Shown here: piece after piece, positions 27,345-41,600 of the stretch
Layout: the number at the start of each line of letters is the position of its first letter
Position numbering within the stretch: the stretch's first letter is position 1
Assembly: GCA_964016885.1 (NCBI GenBank)
Contig: OZ024741.1
Coordinates: forward strand, 14,074,001 to 14,138,000
Length of the DNA: 64,000 nucleotides
DNA from: Eledone cirrhosa
Lineage: Eukaryota
Reading direction: 5' to 3'
Translations under genes and position numbers: made by a program
Notes under the pieces: generated by a model
What the model saw: the letters and a program-made list of their open reading frames with translations, nothing else
The model's database searches: none
Told to the model about the DNA's origin: nothing

Positions 27345-27426
27345 GTTGGCATGTAAACAGAACTGCAGACACTAATGTTTCTGGGTATCACCCTTCATCA
27401 GTACAGCTCACTGTTCACCTGCCAAC
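27345..27426 (-). ncRNA. Type I hammerhead ribozyme with a long stem I
   Basis: Minus strand: gttggcaggtgaacagt-gagctgta-CTGATGA-a gggt gat accc a-GAAA-cattagtg-TC-tgcagttc-tgtttacatgccaac. Canonical core and GUC triplet; predicted cut between 27368 and 27367. Confidence 0.8.
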
Positions 27427-27521
27427 TGTCAGAGCTAGTGAAAATATATGCTATTTTGTAAAATATACAGTGACTGATTGGCCTGATTTGCATATTTTAT
27501 ATATATGTATATATATATATA

Positions 27522-27670
27522 TTATTATGGCTAAACAGTGAGTCTTGTTAGTCTGACCCTGTGATAAATAGGTGAAACTCCAGACTAACAAGACTCACTG
27601 TTTAACCTTAATAGAATGAATATTAAAACTCTACTTCTATATTGAGTACTCTTTTCTCTCAGCTGTCGAC
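27522..27670 (+). mobile_element. Miniature fold-back insertion in (TA)n with a TTGAGTACTCT tail
   Basis: 24-bp perfect inverted arms taaacagtgagtcttgttagtctg / cagactaacaagactcactgttta; motif at 27642-27652. Confidence 0.65.
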
Positions 27671-27722
<52 letters not shown>

Positions 27723-28852
27723 GTGCAATGAATCTGGAGTCATCTCTCTATATTTGTTGTCATGATATCAACCTCCCTGTTAACTAACAATACTTAAAGA
27801 GTACTGTTTTGTTTTGTTTAGCTGTAAAAGAGGAAGCTGTAGTTGTAAGCCAGTAGAGGTAAGATGTGCACTCAATGATAGATTATTGTAGATCCCTTGC
27901 TATTAATATAAAAAATACATCCTGAAACAATCTTATATAGCTGATTGCATATATCTGCTTCCCTTGCTGGAAAAAATATTTCAATTCTTGCTTTACCCTA
28001 TCTTTCCTTTTGTCTGTTGAGATAAAAGAATTCCTTCCATTTATTACAGCCCCAAGAACTACCATCTTTTCCCACCATCATTTAATCCCTTATATTAGTA
28101 TATAGGGATTAAATTAGCAGAGTTAGTTGAGTGTCAGATTAAATGTTTCTGTATTTGTTCTGTCAACTTTGCCTTTCATATTTTTGATCTCAATAAATAT
28201 GGTACCAGTCAAATGGTCTGGTAGAATTGCTAAAACATCTGATGGGATGATTTTTGGTGTTGATTCTGACTCTGTGTAGTCTCAACTTGAATCCTACTTC
28301 AGCCAGGAGCTTCAGCTAACAGATAGTATCAGCAATAGAAACATGGGTTCCTTGGTCTGATCTGACAATTGGCTTTAGTTTACAGTATGTTTGTCTGTGT
28401 TACCACAGTATCATACTTGGCACTGTCTAAAGAGTAATTAGTAAATGGCCTGGCTTTCTGTGTCATTACTAGGAGAGAAATGGGGCACTGTTAACACCTC
28501 GAAAGCCTGTTTCACTCATTAACCCCAGCTAGGAATAGGTAGCATGAAGAGGTTCATACTGTTGCTGCAAGCAACTGGAGAACTGTGTGTTGGATGTGTG
28601 TTGTTTTCTTGCATTACTGAATTCAAATTCTCTGATGAGTATAGTCTGGACAGAGGTAGGTTCCAACTTTTTACTTATCTCGGATACAGTGTGTGTATGT
28701 GTGTTTCTGTGTATGTGTGTTTCTGTGTGTGTGTGTTTCTGTGTGAGTGTGTGTATGATGATGAACTCTCCCACCAAAGAAGACTTGTTCAGTAACAGAA
28801 GGTATAATATAAATCATAAGAGCTTGTAAATTGTGATGAAATTAATATATTC

Positions 28853-29185
28853 ATCATCATCATTTTACGTCCGCTTTTCCCTGCTTGCAAGGGTGGGACG
28901 GGAACTGATTGTGGCTTGATTTCTACAGCTGCATGCCCTTCCTAACACCAACCTCATTTACAGTGAGTACTGGGTGCTTTTTTCTATGGCGCCTACATGA
29001 CCTCTTTGCAGTGGAATGATAGGGACCCCAGTCCCTATCATCTCATTTCTACAGCTGAGTAAACTGGAGCAATGTAAAATAAAGTGTCTTGCTCAAGGAA
29101 ACAACACACCACCCGGTCTGAGAATTGAACTCACAACCTTTCGATTGCAAGGCCAATGCTCTAACCACTAAGCCATGTGCCTCCA
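28853..29185 (-). mobile_element. Full-length tRNA-derived SINE family 1 with an RTE-derived 3' tail
   Basis: Minus-strand head ggaggcacatggcttagtggttagagcattggccttgcaatcgaaaggttgtgagttcaattc (A and B boxes), central ccttgagcaagacact, and a 3' end matching the RTE-A UTR plus (ATG)n. Confidence 0.88.
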
Positions 29186-29955
29186 TATTGATGAAAACAA
29201 ATAGAGACTGGAGAGTTCTGGTACACTTGGTCAATCTCCCTACTCATCATTATTGGCACTCACATAATAGGGACAGGAGAATTCTGATGTCCTTGGCCCT
29301 AAGACCACCTCTCTACTCAAGACTATTGACACACTATAGGGACTGGAGTGTTCTGGTATCCTTGGCCGTAAGACCACCTCCCTATTCACCACCATCAGCA
29401 CAGAGTTGGCTACCCAAATGTGTGAGCCTCACGAGGGGGAATAGCTCTTAAAATGTGTCTCTCTCATCATCGTCTGCGGAAATGCCTTTTCTACTCTCTC
29501 TCCATTAGGACCACAGTTCAGCCAGCACATGGGCTCCCATTTGCATATAATAGTGAGAGATGGGGAGAGAGAGAGAGACAAAGGCAGTGAGTGAAAGAGA
29601 GAATATCAACACTCACACATTTTTCAGTTCAAATATTTTGAATGAATTAATATACAAATATTCCACCACTGAAAACTTAACCCTTCGACATTTACATTAC
29701 TTCGTATTTACTATTATATTTTCATGGCAAAGGCTTTACCTTGCATAATTATCTCACATAATATCAAATCTATGAGATTTTGATATTATTTATTTTGAGA
29801 ACAATACCTTAACATCTGTATGAGTGGCCAGTTACAACCAGTTTAAACAGAAAGAGGTGAGAGAATTCTGGCTGGATACGGCCAGTTTAAATGTTAAAGG
29901 GTTAGGCTGAACTTTAGTAGTTGACAGCCCGTCTTGTGAAGTGAGAAACCTCATG

Positions 29956-31378
29956 TCATCATCATCATCACCGTTTTACGTCCGTTCTTCCACGCTAGCA
30001 TGGGTTAGACGTGTTGTCCTGTTGTGGGCAGTGTCTGGTCGGCTGACCATGGCTTGCTCATACAGGAACTGATTCTGGCTTGATTTCTACAGCTGGGTGC
30101 CCTTCCTAACACCAACCTCATTTACAGTGAGTGCTGGGTGCTTTTTTCCGTGGCGCCTACACGTCCACTTTACAGTGTGGGCTGGGTGCTTTTTTGCCGT
30201 GGCACCTCCACGACCACTTTGCAGTGGGAGGGTGTGGCGTCATATTGTCTATATGCTTCAGCTTCGGCTTGTACCCATGGGTGGTCGGGTCTTCTGTATT
30301 ACTGCGTGACACCAGAGGTCACGGTCTTGTGTCATCGCCTTTGAGAGGTGTAAATGGGTAAGGTCAGCTTTTATCACCTCATCCCAGGTCTTCTTGGGTC
30401 TCCCCACTCCGCGGTTTCCATCGACTTCTAGTGCTCTGCACCTTTTTATGCAGCTGCCATCCTTCATACGCATCACATGTCCATACCAACGCAACCACTT
30501 CTCCTGCACACAGCATTTAATTCCTCTTATGCTCAGTCTCTCTCTCAATTCATTTATGCTTTGCCGTTTGCGTATATTATTATTACACATCCATCGGAGC
30601 ATGCAGGCTTCGTTTCTTTCTAATCTACGTAAGTCTTCCACCTTCAGCACCCAGGTCTCACTACCATGAAACATTGCTGTTTGTATACACACATCATACA
30701 GTCTGCCTTTCATTTTGAGGGAAAAGCCTTTTGCAGCTAGCAGTCGCAGTAGCTCCCTGAACTTCTTCCATCCCGTTCTTACCCTAGTTATTGTACTTTC
30801 CGAACACCCACCTCAGCTGCTAATTCGGTCACCCAGGTAGCAGAAGCTGTCTACTGTTTCTACAGAGCCCTCCCAGAGTTTGGTGGTACTTGTTTCCTGC
30901 GGCTGTTTGCCGCTTGCTGTCCCAGCACAGCTGCTACATGTGAAGCCTACATTCTTAGTTAAGCTTCCCGAGATCCTGCTACATCTCTTGTGTACCCATT
31001 GTTTGCATTTGGGGCAGAGAATGGTGTTCCTACCTACACCTTTCCTACATACTGAGCAAGGCCATTTCCCTGAGGGGATCTGGGTTCTGTTTTCTCGTCT
31101 ACTTACAAGGACCTTAGTCTTTGTCAGGTTGACTTTGAGACCCTTTCTTTCTAGTCCCTGCTTCCAAGTTTGGAATTTCTTCTCTAGTTCCCATAGATTC
31201 AGCTATAAGTGCGAGGTCATCTGCATACAGGAGTTCCCATGGGCACCCAGTCTTAAACTCGTCCATTATTGCCTGCAGAACTATGATGAACAGGAGAGGG
31301 CTAAGAACAGCGCCCTGGTGGACACTGACCTGTTCGCTAAATTCCTCGCTATAGTCATTACTAATCCTGACTTTGCTG
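29956..31378 (-). mobile_element. 5'-truncated RTE family A copy
   Basis: Highly similar to 18429-19810; RT C-terminal half and (ATG)n tail. Confidence 0.92.
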
Positions 31379-31399
31379 CCTGTAGTCCTGCAAATGTGG

Positions 31400-31625
31400 T
31401 TGTATGTTAGATTTTAACTATGGCAGTACAGAGCAAACCTTTGCTTTAGAGTACAGAATGCTCTTTCGTTCCAACCTCACTTCAAAATCTTCAGATCTAT
31501 GAAAGTACACTACATGCCAAGATTGAGGCTTTTGTTGTATGTCCTCCCAACTTTGTGAATCAAACTTCAAATGCTTCAGACTTTCTTTGATCTTGTCTTT
31601 GTAGAACAGTAGTGGTCTTACACAC
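31400..31625 (-). mobile_element. 3' fragment of another RTE (BovB-like C-terminus)
   Basis: RPLLFYKDKIKESLK...SWED...SW resembles the GRPxxRYKDxxKxxLK..W..RxxW C-terminus. Confidence 0.55.
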
Positions 31626-31632
31626 ACACACT

Positions 31633-31797
<165 letters not shown>

Positions 31798-32589
31798 AAC
31801 TTACAAGCCTGTCCTGATTTAGCAGAAAAATATTCAAAAAGGTTTATTAACTCAAATGTTTGTATTATATTTACTTGTGGACAGATCGTTGTGACAGTTT
31901 GTAGTAAACTAAAGACTAAATGTTTAATGTGATGCAGTCATAGTATTGTTTTGTACTTTATCAAGAATGTCTTGCTGTGGTTTCATGTGGTACAGAATGT
32001 TAATATACAATGTACAGTGGGTACATGCATGGGGCATTTTCTAATTGGGTAACCATATATTTACAGGTAGTTATAGCAACACATTATCATATACTCTCGG
32101 ATCCCAAATAATAGGACAAAATGAAGTGAGGGGTAGGGGTAACAATCGGTAGTTATTCTAGGTTGTCTCCCTTGAATTAAAAAAAAAAACAGAATTAGTC
32201 ATTCATTGAGACTCCAACCCATTCTATTTATTTTATGATGTGTCGGATTTCTAGTTATGTACTTTTTTTGTCATGTATAATGTTTTTAATGCATAAAGAA
32301 AACTTATTGTCGCAGGAATGCTACCACTTAAGATGAAATATCGCCGGAGATAGATTAGTAAAATTTAATGGGGGGGGGGGTTATTTGAGACCTGAGAGTA
32401 GAAGACAAACAAGAAATGTATTGGTTGGGACCCATTTTGGTTACAAATGTTCCGGCACTCTAAAATGAGAGACGTTAGGCAATCATGGCACCAGTACTAG
32501 GGATTAAGATGTCTTTGAGACAACTAATGACTTCTCGCTACTCTTTGGCAAGTTTTCCTTGACTGGATGTCCTTCCTATCACCAAATCC

Positions 32590-34103
32590 TTTACAGGGTG
32601 TATCAGCTGTTTTCTTGTCACCAACACTAGAGAGGTTGTTACACTCTTGATACACTGGAGAGCTCTCAACCTCTTTACAGAGTGTATCAGCTGTGTTTTA
32701 TTGTCACCAACACTAGAGAGGTTGTTACACTCTTGATACACTGGAGAGCTCTCAACCTCTTTACAGGGTGTATCAGCTGTTTTATTGTCACCAACACTAG
32801 AGAGGTTGTTACACTCTTGATACACTGGAGAGCTCTCAACCTCTTTAAGGGTGTATCAGCTGTTTTATTGTCACCAACACTAGAGAGGTTGTTACACTCT
32901 TGATACACTGGAGAGCTCTCAACCTCTTTACAGAGTGTATCAGCTGTGTTTTATTGTCACCAACACTAGAGAGGTTGTTACACTCTTGATACACTGGAGA
33001 GCTCTCAACCTCTTTACAGGGTGTATCAGCTGTTTTATTGTCACCAACACTAGAGAGGTTGTTACACTCTTGATACACTGGAGAGCTCTCAACCTCTTTA
33101 CAGAGTGTATCAGCTGTGTTTTATTGTCACCAACACTAGAGAGGTTGTTACACCCTTGATACACTGGAGAGCTCTCAACCTCTTTACAGAGTGTATCAGC
33201 TGTGTTTTATTGTCACCAACACTAGAGAGGTTGTTACACTCTTGATACACTGGAGAGCTCTCAACCTCTTTACAGAGTGTATCAGCTGTGTTTTCTTGTC
33301 ACCAACACTAGAGAGGTTGTTACACTCTTGATACACTGGAGAGCTCTCAACCTCTTTACAGAGTGTATCAGCTGTGTTTTATTGTCACCAACACTAGAGA
33401 GGTTGTTACACTCTTGATACACTGGAGAGCTCTCAACCTCTTTACAGAATGTATCAGCTGTGTTTTATTATCACCAACACTAGAGAGGTTGTTACACTCT
33501 TGATACACTGGAGAGCTCTCAACCTCTTTACAGAGTGTATCAGCTGTGTTTTCTTGTCACCAACACTAGAGAGGTTGTTACACTCTTGATACACTGGAGA
33601 GCTCTCAACCTCTTTACAGAGTGTATCAGCTGTGTTTTATTGTCACCGATACTAGAGAGGTTGTTACACTCTTGATACACTGGAGAGCTCTCAACCTCTT
33701 TACAGAGTGTATCAGCTGTGTTTTCTTGTCACCAACACTAGAGAGGTTATTACACTCTTGATACACTGGAGAGCTCTCAACCTCTTTACAGAGTGTATCA
33801 GCTGTGTTTTATTGTAACCAACACTAGAGAGGTTGTTACACTCTTGATACACTGGAGAGCTCTCAACCTCTTTACAGAGTGTATCAGCTGTGTTTTCTTG
33901 TCACCAACACTAGAAAGGTTGTTACACTGTTGATACACTGGAGAGCTCTCAACCTCTTTACAGAGTGTATCAGCTGTGTTTTCTTGTCACCAACACTAGA
34001 GAGGTTGTTACACTCTTGATACACTGGAGAGCTCTCAACCTCTTTACAGAGTGTATCAGCTGTGTTTTATTGTCACCAACACTAGAGAGGTTGTTACACT
34101 CTT
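32590..34103. repeat. 84/86-bp minisatellite (~17 copies) embedded in RTE-3'UTR-like sequence
   Basis: Unit gtgtatcagctgtgttttattgtcaccaacactagagaggttgttacactcttgatacactggagagctctcaacctctttacaga; flanked on both sides by ggatg(t/c)ccttcctatcac. Confidence 0.95.
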
Positions 34104-34284
34104 GGTATTGTTTCTACAGCTGGATGCCCTTCCTATCACTAACTGCCTTACATGATGTACTGAGGGTGTGTTTTAATCGCATCAGTACTAAAGAGGCTAT
34201 CGGCCATTAACTCTACTGAAGAGCCCTCTCTTACCTATGTATATATATTAGTCAACCCCTGCTAGCATGGAAAATAAATGGTAA

Positions 34285-34475
34285 ATGGTGGTGGTGGTGG
34301 TGGTGGTGGTTCTGGTGGTAGTGGTGGTGGTGGTTCTGGTGGTAGTGGTGTTGGTGATGGTGGTGGTGGTGATGATGGTAGTGGTAGTGGTGGTAGTGGT
34401 GGTGGTGATGATGGTGGTGGTGGTGGTGATGATGATGGTGATGGTAGTGATAGTAGTGGTGATGATGATGATGAT
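34285..34475. repeat. (GGT/GAT)n trinucleotide repeat (expanded RTE-type tail)
   Basis: Follows gctagcatggaaaataaatgg, the RTE/SINE 3' terminal motif. Confidence 0.85.
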
Positions 34476-35284
34476 ACATATACAGACCACTCTGTTAATT
34501 CCTTCCTAGTGTGAACTACCATATTCTCAGCAAAACTTTTAAAACTATTTCTAGTGACTGTTTTTATTAAGTCTATATCAGTGGCAGTTTGCTAGTATTG
34601 GTAATACTAGTAGTATTGATGATGGTGGTGGGGATGTAGTAGTGGAATAATATTAGTCTTAGAATAATATTGGTGCAAAGTGCACGGCTAACTTTGGTAA
34701 TGTTGTAACAGATTGATATGAAAGACAGAGGTGGGGAAGCTGTGAGGTTGTGTGGTAGAGATAAAAGTATATTACACACACAGCATACAGTTCTACAGCT
34801 TATTATGTCATTTATAATACCTATGGTGTAGTCGCAGACAATTGGGCTTGTATGATGTCTCTGTAGACTTCATAAACTCACTGCTCTTGTTGTTGTTGTT
34901 GTGACAAGGCTAGGAGGCAATCATTATTGTTGTTGTTGTGACAGAGCTGCAAGGCAATCATGCTAGATTTGATCAATTTGAATTTGATGATTACTTGAGA
35001 TGTGAATGGCAGTTGAGGTTTAGAATTAAAGTGCTGGGTTGTGTGGAGTTGGTGGTTGTTTTGGTCGTTTTGGTCTTAGTAGAATGGAATGTTCTAGTTA
35101 GTATGGAAGCTGATAATGGCAATAATCTAGGCAATTTCTTTATTCATGGCAAATTTCTACAACCAGATGTAGTATGTTTCAGTATGTTAGAGAGATTCAC
35201 CATCTTAACAGAGTTTTGGAGGCAAGACATACACAAGCACACATACATATAAATGATGGGCTTTCATATGTTTTTGACTTTCAG

Positions 35285-35405
35285 AAACATTTTTCCACAC
35301 TCAGAGTTGCTGAAGCATTGAACAAACTACCTGCATCAGTTGTTAGCTATTGGGACACTACATCCTTCAAAACTTCCATGTTTCCTGAAATTAGCCAACA
35401 CTACA
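35285..35405 (+). mobile_element. CR1/L2-type LINE 3' terminal fragment
   Basis: QKHFSTLRVAEALNKLPASVVSYWDTTSFKTSM; same sequence as the 61-bp array monomer. Confidence 0.7.
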
Positions 35406-35619
35406 CTTGATATTCCCCCTCCACACACATGCATGCATGCATGTGTGTGTGTATACCATGACTCATACACTGTTCACTTTCCTGACATTTGTACATTATT
35501 GTATGTAGTATACATGCACCTTTGATGAGTTGCAGTGGACCTGAGAACTGTACACAATAATTTTTGTTATTATAGTTCCCATCTGCCAAATTTATGCACA
35601 TGGCATTAATCTGCCTGAG

Positions 35620-38600
35620 GCTAGAGACACTTGTCTATGCAGTGACACCAAACCTGCTAGAGACACTTGTCTAATCAGTGGCACCAAACCTGCTAGAGAC
35701 ACTTGTCTATGCAGTGACACCAAACCTGCTAGAGACACTTGTCTAATCAGTGGCACCAAACCTGCTAGAGACACTTGTCTATGCAGTGACACCAAACCTG
35801 CTAGAGACACTTGTCTATGCAGTGACACCAAACCTGCTAGAGACACTTGTCTATGCAGTGACACCAAACCTGCTAGAGACACTTGTCTATGCAGTGACAC
35901 CAAACCTGCTAGAGACACTTGTCTATGCAGTGACACCAAACCTGCTAGAGACACTTGTCTATGCAGTGACACCAAACCTGCTAGAGACACTTGTCTATGC
36001 AGTGACACCAAACCTGCTAGAGACACTTGTCTATGCAGTGACACCAAACCTGCTAGAGACACTTGTCTAATCAGTGGCACCAAACCTGCTAGAGACACTT
36101 GTCTATGCAGTGACACCAAACCTGCTAGAGACACTTGTCTATGCAGTGACACCAAACCTGCTAGAGACACTTGTCTATGCAGTGACACCAAACCTGCTAG
36201 AGACACTTGTCTATGCAGTGACACCAAACCTGCTAGAGACACTTGTCTATGCAGTGACACCAAACCTGCTAGAGACACTTGTCTATGCAGTGACACCAAA
36301 CCTGCTAGAGACACTTGTCTATGCAGTGACACCAAACCTGCTAGAGACACTTGTCTAATCAGTGACACCAAACCTGCTAGAGACACTTGTCTATGCAGTG
36401 ACACCAAACCTGCTAGAGACACTTGTCTATGCAGTGACACCAAACCTGCTAGAGACACTTGTCTATGCAGTGGCACTAAACCTGCTAGAGACACTTGTCT
36501 ATGCAGTGACACCAAACCTGCTAGAGACACTTGTCTAATCAGTGACACCAAACCTGCTAAAGACACTTGTCTATGCAGTGACACCAAACCTGCTAGAGAC
36601 ACTTGTCTATGCAGTGGCACCAAACCTGCTAGAGACACTTGTCTATGCAGTGACACCAAACATGCTAGAGACACTTGTCTATGCAGTGACACCAAACATG
36701 CTAGAGACACTTGTCTATGCAGTGACACCAAACCTGCTAGAGACACTTGTCTATGCAGTGACACCAAACCTGCTAGAGACACTTGTCTATGCAGTGACAC
36801 CAAACCTGCTAGAGACACTTGTCTATGCAGTGGCACCAAACCTGCTAGAGACACTTGTCTATGCAGTGGCACCAAACCTGCTAGAGACACTTGTCTATGC
36901 AGTGACACCAAACCTGCTAGAGACACTTGTCTATGCAGTGACACCAAACCTGCTAGAGACACTTGTCTATGCAGTGACACCAAACATGCTAGAGACACTT
37001 GTCTATGCAGTGACACCAAACCTGCTAAAGACACTTGTCTATGCAGTGACACCAAACCTGCTAGAGACACTTGTCTATGCAGTGACACCAAACCTGCTAG
37101 AGACACTTGTCTATGCAGTGACACCAAACCTGCTAGAGACACTTGTCTATGTAGTGACACCAAACCTGCTAGAGACACTTGTCTATGCAGTGACACCAAA
37201 CCTGCTAGAGACACTTGTCTATGTAGTGACACCAAACCTGCTAGAGACACTTGTCTATGCAGTGACACCAAACATGCTAGAGACACTTGTCTATGCAGTG
37301 ACATCAAACCTGCTAAAGACACTTGTCTATGCAGTGACACCAAACATGCTAGAGACACTTGTCTATGCAGTGACACCAAACCTGCTAAAGACACTTGTCT
37401 ATGCAGTGACACCAAACCTGCTAGAGACACTTGTCTATGCAGTGACACCAAACCTGCTAGAGACACTTGTCTATGCAGTGACACCAAACCTGCTAGAGAC
37501 ACTTGTCTATGTAGTGACACCAAACCTGCTAGAGACACTTGTCTATGTAGTGACACCAAACCTGCTAGAGACACTTGTCTATGCAGTGACACCAAACCTG
37601 CTAGAGACACTTGTCTATGTAGTGACACCAAACCTGCTAGAGACACTTGTCTATGTAGTGACACCAAACCTGCTAGAGACACTTGTCTATGCAGTGGCAC
37701 CAAACCTGCTAGAGACACTTGTCTATGCAGTGACACCAAACCTGCTAGAGACACTTGTCTATGCAGTGACACCAAACCTGCTAGAGACACTTGTCTATGT
37801 AGTGACACCAAACCTGCTAGAGACACTTGTCTATGCAGTGACACCAAACCTGCTAGAGACACTTGTCTAATCAGTGACACCAAACCTGCTAGAGACACTT
37901 GTCTATGCAGTGACACCAAACCTGCTAGAGACACTTGTCTATGCAGTGACACCAAACCTGCTAGAGACACTTGTCTATGCAGTGACACCAAACCTGCTAG
38001 AGACACTTGTCTATGCAGTGACACCAAACCTGCTAGAGACACTTGTCTATGCAGTGACACCAAACCTGCTAGAGACACTTGTCTATGCAGTGACACCAAA
38101 CCTGCTAGAGACACTTGTCTATGCAGTGACACAAAACCTGCTAGAGACACTTGTCTATGCAGTGACACCAAACCTGCTAGAGACACTTGTCTATGCAGTG
38201 ACACCAAACCTGCTAGAGACACTTGTCTATGCAGTGACACAAAACCTGCTAAAAACACTTATCTATGCAGTGACACCAAACCTGCTAGAGACACTTGTCT
38301 AATCAGTGACACCAAACCTGCTAGAGACACTTGTCTATGCAGTGACACCAAACCTGCTAGAGACACTTGTCTATGCAGTGACACCAAACCTGCTAGAGAC
38401 ACTTGTCTATGCAGTGACACCAAACCTGCTAGAGACACTTGTCTATGCAGTGACACCAAACCTGCTAGAGACACTTGTCTATGCAGTGACACAAAACCTG
38501 CTAGAGACACTTGTCTATGCAGTGACACCAAACCTGCTAGAGACACTTGTCTATGCAGTGACACCAAACCTGCTAGAGGCACTTGTCTATGCAGTGACAC

Positions 38601-41600
38601 AAAACCTGCTAAAAACACTTATCTATGCAGTGACACCAAACCTGCTAGAGACACTTGTCTAATCAGTGACACCAAACCTGCTAGAGACACTTGTCTATGC
38701 AGTGACACCAAACCTGCTAGAGACACTTGTCTATGCAGTGACACCAAACCTGCTAGAGACACTTGTCTATGCAGTGACACCAAACCTGCTAGAGACACTT
38801 GTCTATGCAGTGACACAAAACCTGCTAGAGACACTTGTCTAATCAGTGACACCAAACCTGCTAGAGACACTTGTCTATGCAGTGACACCAAACCTGCTAG
38901 AGACACTTGTCTATGCAGTGACACCAAACCTGCTAGAGACACTTGTCTAATCAGTGACACCAAACCTGCTAGAGACACTTGTCTATGCAGTGACACCAAA
39001 CCTGCTAGAGACACTTGTCTATGCAGTGACACCAAACCTGCTAGAGACACTTGTCTATGCAGTGACACCAAACCTGCTAGAGACACTTGTCTATGCAGTG
39101 ACACCAAACCTGCTAGAGACACTTGTCTATGCAGTGACACAAAACCTGCTAGAGACACTTGTCTATGCAGTGACACCAAACCTGCTAGAGACACTTGTCT
39201 ATGCAGTGACACCAAACCTGCTAGAGACACTTGTCTATGCAGTGACACAAAACCTGCTAAAAACACTTATCTATGCAGTGACACCAAACCTGCTAGAGAC
39301 ACTTGTCTAATCAGTGACACCAAACCTGCTAGAGACACTTGTCTATGCAGTGACACCAAACCTGCTAGAGACACTTGTCTATGCAGTGACACCAAACCTG
39401 CTAGAGACACTTGTCTATGCAGTGACACCAAACCTGCTAGAGACACTTGTCTATGCAGTGACACAAAACCTGCTAGAGACACTTGTCTATGCAGTGACAC
39501 CAAACCTGCTAGAGACACTTGTCTATGCAGTGACACCAAACCTGCTAGAGACACTTGTCTATGCAGTGACACAAAACCTGCTAAAAACACTTATCTATGC
39601 AGTGACACCAAACCTGCTAGAGACACTTGTCTAATCAGTGACACCAAACCTGCTAGAGACACTTGTCTATGCAGTGACACCAAACCTGCTAGAGACACTT
39701 GTCTATGCAGTGACACCAAACCTGCTAGAGACACTTGTCTATGCAGTGACACCAAACCTGCTAGAGACACTTGTCTATGCAGTGACACCAAACCTGCTAG
39801 AGACACTTGTCTATGCAGTGACACAAAACCTGCTAGAGACACTTGTCTATGCAGTGACACCAAACCTGCTAGAGACACTTGTCTATGCAGTGACACCAAA
39901 CCTGCTAGAGACACTTGTCTATGCAGTGACACCAAACCTGCTAGAGACACTTGTCTATGCAGTGACACAAAACCTGCTAGAGACACTTGTCTATGCAGTG
40001 ACACCAAACCTGCTAGAGACACTTGTCTATGCAGTGACACCAAACCTGCTAGAGACACTTGTCTATGCAGTGACACAAAACCTGCTAAAAACACTTATCT
40101 ATGCAGTGACACCAAACCTGCTAGAGACACTTGTCTAATCAGTGACACCAAACCTGCTAGAGACACTTGTCTATGCAGTGACACCAAACCTGCTAGAGAC
40201 ACTTGTCTATGCAGTGACACCAAACCTGCTAGAGACACTTGTCTATGCAGTGACACCAAACCTGCTAGAGACACTTGTCTATGCAGTGACACCAAACCTG
40301 CTAGAGACACTTGTCTATGCAGTGACACAAAACCTGCTAGAGACACTTGTCTATGCAGTGACACCAAACCTGCTAGAGACACTTGTCTATGCAGTGACAC
40401 CAAACCTGCTAGAGACACTTGTCTATGCAGTGACACCAAACCTGCTAGAGACACTTGTCTATGCAGTGACACAAAACCTGCTAGAGACACTTGTCTATGC
40501 AGTGACACCAAACCTGCTAGAGACACTTGTCTATGCAGTGACACCAAACCTGCTAGAGACACTTGTCTATGCAGTGACACAAAACCTGCTAAAAACACTT
40601 ATCTATGCAGTGACACCAAACCTGCTAGAGACACTTGTCTAATCAGTGACACCAAACCTGCTAGAGACACTTGTCTATGCAGTGACACCAAACCTGCTAG
40701 AGACACTTGTCTATGCAGTGACACCAAACCTGCTAGAGACACTTGTCTATGCAGTGACACCAAACCTGCTAGAGACACTTGTCTATGCAGTGACACCAAA
40801 CCTGCTAGAGACACTTGTCTATGCAGTGACACAAAACCTGCTAGAGACACTTGTCTATGCAGTGACACCAAACCTGCTAGAGACACTTGTCTATGCAGTG
40901 ACACCAAACCTGCTAGAGACACTTGTCTATGCAGTGACACAAAACCTGCTAAAAACACTTATCTATGCAGTGACACCAAACCTGCTAGAGACACTTGTCT
41001 AATCAGTGACACCAAACCTGCTAGAGACACTTGTCTATGCAGTGACACCAAACCTGCTAGAGACACTTGTCTATGCAGTGACACCAAACCTGCTAGAGAC
41101 ACTTGTCTATGCAGTGACACCAAACCTGCTAGAGACACTTGTCTATGCAGTGACACCAAACCTGCTAGAGACACTTGTCTATGCAGTGACACCAAACCTG
41201 CTAGAGACACTTGTCTATGCAGTGACACAAAACCTGCTAAAAACACTTATCTATGCAGTGACACCAAACCTGCTAGAGACACTTGTCTAATCAGTGACAC
41301 CAAACCTGCTAGAGACACTTGTCTATGCAGTGACACCAAACCTGCTAGAGACACTTGTCTATGCAGTGACACCAAACCTGCTAGAGACACTTGTCTATGC
41401 AGTGACACCAAACCTGCTAGAGACACTTGTCTATGCAGTGACACCAAACCTGCTAGAGACACTTGTCTATGCAGTGACACAAAACCTGCTAAAAACACTT
41501 ATCTATGCAGTGACACCAAACCTGCTAGAGACACTTGTCTAATCAGTGACACCAAACCTGCTAGAGACACTTGTCTATGCAGTGACACCAAACCTGCTAG

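Noticed and set aside
29105-29185. tRNA-like sequence (also 49600-49672 and 9410-9470)
   Set aside because: SINE heads continuing into the SINE body; no proper acceptor stem.
34248-34522. Poly-His/Pro/Gly/Thr ORFs
   Set aside because: (GGT)n microsatellite.
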